64,000 bases of DNA. It comes from Candidatus Obscuribacterales bacterium. Its GTDB lineage: Bacteria > Cyanobacteriota > Vampirovibrionia > Obscuribacterales > Obscuribacteraceae. Positions 61,133 through 64,000 of the stretch are shown here, in pieces. Location: NCBI GenBank assembly GCA_965228855.1, contig CBDDIJ010000005.1, forward strand, positions 192,001 to 256,000, given 5' to 3'. The notes beneath the pieces were generated by a model, which worked only from the letters and a program-made list of their open reading frames with translations, ran no database searches and was not told the DNA's origin. A program made the position numbers and the translations under genes. Position 1 is the stretch's first letter, and each line of letters opens with the position of its first letter.

Positions 61133-63082
61133 TTATGGAACAAAGTCAGGCTCATCAGGCGCGACATGAGTCGAATGGTCAGCAGAATGGGATTTGCTGC
61201 TCGAAACCTGCGGCTTCTTGCTGGTCGACTTGGTCGACTTCGACGAAGAAGCTACCTTTTCCTTCTCTGGCTGCTTTTCCTTAGGCTTCGCCGGTGGTGG
61301 CGCTTGCCGTTTCGTCGCGACCTTTTCAGGCTCACGCTTCGAAGCGGTCTTCTCCGACTTCTCGCTGGACTTGGATGAGCTACTCCGCTTCACATAGCTA
61401 CCGTAAACCCAACCCTCACGACCATTTGCAGAAATCTTGACCCAGCCATTTTGCTCGCCTAAAACGCGAACAGACTCGCCGCGACCGATGTCAAAAATAG
61501 ATTTGTTGCCGCGCGCAGGACCGGTGCGCATGGTGACGCGGGAAGTGGTCTCGCCTCGGCTTCCGCCACTGGACTTCGGTTCAGACTCTTTCTTCTTAGC
61601 CAATTCGCGCTGTTTCTTCTCTTCGCGCTCTTTCTCTCTGGCTAGCTCGCGCTTCTTCTCTTCACGAGCTTCACGCTCCTCTCGTTCTTTAACCTTAGCC
61701 AGTTCACGTTTCTTCTCGCGCTCCCTGTCCTTCGCCGCTTCACGCTCAGCCTCGCGCTCCTTTTTGCGCTTATCTTCACGCGATTCGGTAGGAGGTGAAA
61801 CCACTGCGACCTTATCAGGCTGTTTATCAACAACCTTTGCTTCCGGAGCCTCTTGAGCAACAGAAGTCATAACGGAAGTGGTGGCACTGGCGGTGCTAGC
61901 CCCATCGCCGACAGGTTCAGTAGCTACAGACTCCGGCGCACTTGTCTCTTTCAGACCAGTTACAGACCAACGACCAGCCTTGACTAAACCCACCTCGAAA
62001 GCCCGTGCAGGTGAACTAAGCAAATAGGAATTGCCGCTGTCACCAGTACTTCGACGCGACCGCCTTTTACGCCCGGACGAATCTTTCGAGATCTTCGCGA
62101 TTTTAAAATTGCCTGGTGCAACAACCGGCTTGTCAGCCATACCCTTGATGGTCTCTCGAACTTCCGGTGCGAGCTGTTGGCGGTACGATTCGATTGCAGT
62201 CGGATCGACTAGACTCGATGCCACTGCATACAGTGCCCCGACCTCATTGGTTCCCATCGAGGAGCTCGCCTCGTATTTACCGTTCTTCCAGGTCAAATTG
62301 GTCATGAACGGTTCGTCTTTAAAATTCACGCTGGGGTCAAACAGCTTCTGCTCTTTCGCGGAAGACACGATTCCCCGCTCCACTTTTATGTTGTTGCTCG
62401 TTCCGATGAAAGCTGCCGATCCAGGTCCTTGAATAGGCGGCACGATTTTATCGCTGCGGTCAGCGACTTCTCCGGACGGCAATAGCGCCAGCGCACTGAC
62501 CTGCGCTTCCTTAGGTCTGTCGCCTGTCGTGTGGCCGATCAAAACTAAACACGGATCCGGTGTGGTTGAGACCAATCTCGCTTCATCAAACACCTGCAGC
62601 CCTTTCACGCGTGAAACCTTCACGCCCGATTTCGCCGGCACGACCAGGTAATCGGAGGGTTGCATCACACAGGTGAGCTCAATGAGTTTAATTTGATTGG
62701 GCAAGTCAAAAACTAGAACTTCGAAAGCGCTTGAAGGAACCTCAGTTTGCAGTTTCGTCAGCAAGTCCGCGGATGACAGCGAACCATGTTGTTCCAAATA
62801 TTTTATAACCGCATTATCAAGCTCAGAGCGCATTATTTGTGCGTCTTCAGGCGACTTTGGTCCTGCTGCCATTCGCTCGGCAATCGGCTTGAGCTTCGGC
62901 GCCGGAGCACCGCTAAACATCGACCCCACGGCGGACGCCAGTCCAAGGCATAATCCAACTGCCGCAATGCCCGCGACAACCTTGATCACTACCGGCGAAG
63001 TTTTCTTTTTAAACTTGCTACCGCAAAACTTACAATTTTTAGCCGCTACAGAATTTCTCTGAGTGCAGGCGGGACAACGCAT
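61133..63082 (-). CDS. Zn-ribbon/TM protein with a charged coiled coil and a C-terminal SH3b domain
   Basis: MRCPAC...NCKFCG, TM helix, K/E/R-rich helix, MRTGP...GWVKI...EGWVYGSYV. Confidence 0.8.
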   Translation of the reverse strand: MRCPACTQRNSVAAKNCKFCGSKFKKKTSPVVIKVVAGIAAVGLCLGLASAVGSMFSGAPAPKLKPIAERMAAGPKSPEDAQIMRSELDNAVIKYLEQHGSLSSADLLTKLQTEVPSSAFEVLVFDLPNQIKLIELTCVMQPSDYLVVPAKSGVKVSRVKGLQVFDEARLVSTTPDPCLVLIGHTTGDRPKEAQVSALALLPSGEVADRSDKIVPPIQGPGSAAFIGTSNNIKVERGIVSSAKEQKLFDPSVNFKDEPFMTNLTWKNGKYEASSSMGTNEVGALYAVASSLVDPTAIESYRQQLAPEVRETIKGMADKPVVAPGNFKIAKISKDSSGRKRRSRRSTGDSGNSYLLSSPARAFEVGLVKAGRWSVTGLKETSAPESVATEPVGDGASTASATTSVMTSVAQEAPEAKVVDKQPDKVAVVSPPTESREDKRKKEREAEREAAKDREREKKRELAKVKEREEREAREEKKRELAREKEREEKKQRELAKKKESEPKSSGGSRGETTSRVTMRTGPARGNKSIFDIGRGESVRVLGEQNGWVKISANGREGWVYGSYVKRSSSSKSSEKSEKTASKREPEKVATKRQAPPPAKPKEKQPEKEKVASSSKSTKSTSKKPQVSSSKSHSADHSTHVAPDEPDFVP

Positions 63083-63143
63083 GTCAACCTCTTTATGGTG
63101 ATTCCGTCCAGTCACAGTCGTACATGGACTGGCACTTCGTCAG

Positions 63144-63202
63144 GCGAATCTGTTTTACTGTCTAGCGAATCTGATTTACTGCCTCAGCGAATCTGATTTA
63201 CT
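63144..63202. repeat. three direct repeats GCGAATCTG(A/T)TTTACT with a 21-22 bp period
   Basis: Copies at 63144, 63165 and 63187 in the divergent intergenic region. Confidence 0.85.
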
Positions 63203-63439
63203 TTCTAAGTGACGTGAGCTCTGCCATAAACCCCGTCCAACCTGGCGCAATTAGGTCGAAGGACCAAAGAAACGGTCTTTGCGGACCAATATCGGATTCT
63301 ACAACATACTTGACAAATCAAGTAGGCGAAAAACCCTAACAGTACAGACCACGTCAGCGGGAAACCCCAAAACATATATATCAATGACATCTCTAAAGGT
63401 TTGTTCACCTTTCGTTAGAAAAATTACGAGGACACCGGA

Positions 63440-64000
63440 TTGGACATTACGGACATTCATGAAGCCTTGCGAAACGACCTCGTCGAAGTCGCGAAACTTT
63501 GCTACGAACGCCGCTATATCTGCGGCACAGAGGGCAATTTCAGCATTCGCCTTGATGAAGACCTCATACTGACAACACCTGCGTCGACCTGCAAAGGTCG
63601 TTTGAAGGCTGATGAGCTCGTTCTAACGAATCTTGAAGGGAAACCGACCGAGCCGACTGTGCGCAAACCCTCCACAGAACTGGCAATGCACCTGACTGCT
63701 TACAAAAAGCGCCCTGACGTCCGCGCTATTGTACACGCGCATCCGACCGTCGCCGTGGGCTTCACGGTTGCAGGTCAAAGCCTGGCAAAATGCGTTCTTC
63801 CTGAAGTCGTCTGCACGCTTGGTGCAATTCCGGTGGCACCATATGCAACACCAAGTACGGACGAAGTATCAAAAAGTATCGAAGACCTGGTCACCACATA
63901 TGATGCCCTGGTCATGGATCACCACGGTGCACTCGCGCTCGGAAAAGATATTTGGGACGCGTATTATAAACTTGAAACGCTGGAGCATCACGCGGAAACC
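63440..64000 (+). CDS. class II aldolase/adducin family protein (FucA/MtnB-like), 3'-truncated by the window
   Basis: TTG start after GAGGA; GTEGNFSIR, TTP, PSTELAMH, AIVHAHP, DHHG. Confidence 0.9.
   Translation, partial: MDITDIHEALRNDLVEVAKLCYERRYICGTEGNFSIRLDEDLILTTPASTCKGRLKADELVLTNLEGKPTEPTVRKPSTELAMHLTAYKKRPDVRAIVHAHPTVAVGFTVAGQSLAKCVLPEVVCTLGAIPVAPYATPSTDEVSKSIEDLVTTYDALVMDHHGALALGKDIWDAYYKLETLEHHAET

Noticed and set aside
63144..63202. CRISPR array
   Set aside because: The repeats are about 17 bp with 4-5 bp spacers, and no cas genes are in the window.

Overview
Bacterial chromosomal window. The gene repertoire resembles Vampirovibrionia/Melainabacteria (Obscuribacterales-like), but this is a weak inference. 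Ordinary flanks (left: ArnT-like gene end, three TPR genes, exported katG, ATL, DeoR regulator, Cof HAD; right: SGNH + MBOAT acylation pair, SH3 protein, class II aldolase) enclose a stack of integrative elements of about 43-46 kb at the 3' end of a minus-strand tRNA-Pro(UGG) gene (57881-57954). The tRNA's 46-bp 3' end recurs at 20807-20852 and 14402-14447. Each copy has a CTCTACA-N4-CTCTACA-type motif (degenerate at 14.4 kb) 25-28 bp away. An orphan tRNA-Arg(UCG) 3' fragment, four decayed tyrosine integrases, a nonsense-mutated IS481 and IS21 debris lie inside. The cargo is rich in conflict systems: (i) a translationally coupled UvrD helicase - DarT (DUF4433) - ADP-ribosylglycohydrolase/VOC - ChaN/EreA-like operon, preceded by an OLD nuclease and a PD-(D/E)xK-like gene; (ii) a divergent DprA - HAD - DprA - PRTase operon (expanded ShosTA-like); (iii) a deaminase-fold polymorphic toxin with a coupled immunity gene; (iv) a five-LamG adhesin plus a C39-peptidase/RHS protein with a Cys-His-Asp tip and no immunity gene; (v) two TA-like pairs. 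The best candidate for an undescribed system is the helicase-DarT-ARH operon. All family calls come from motif recognition by eye; no database searches were run.
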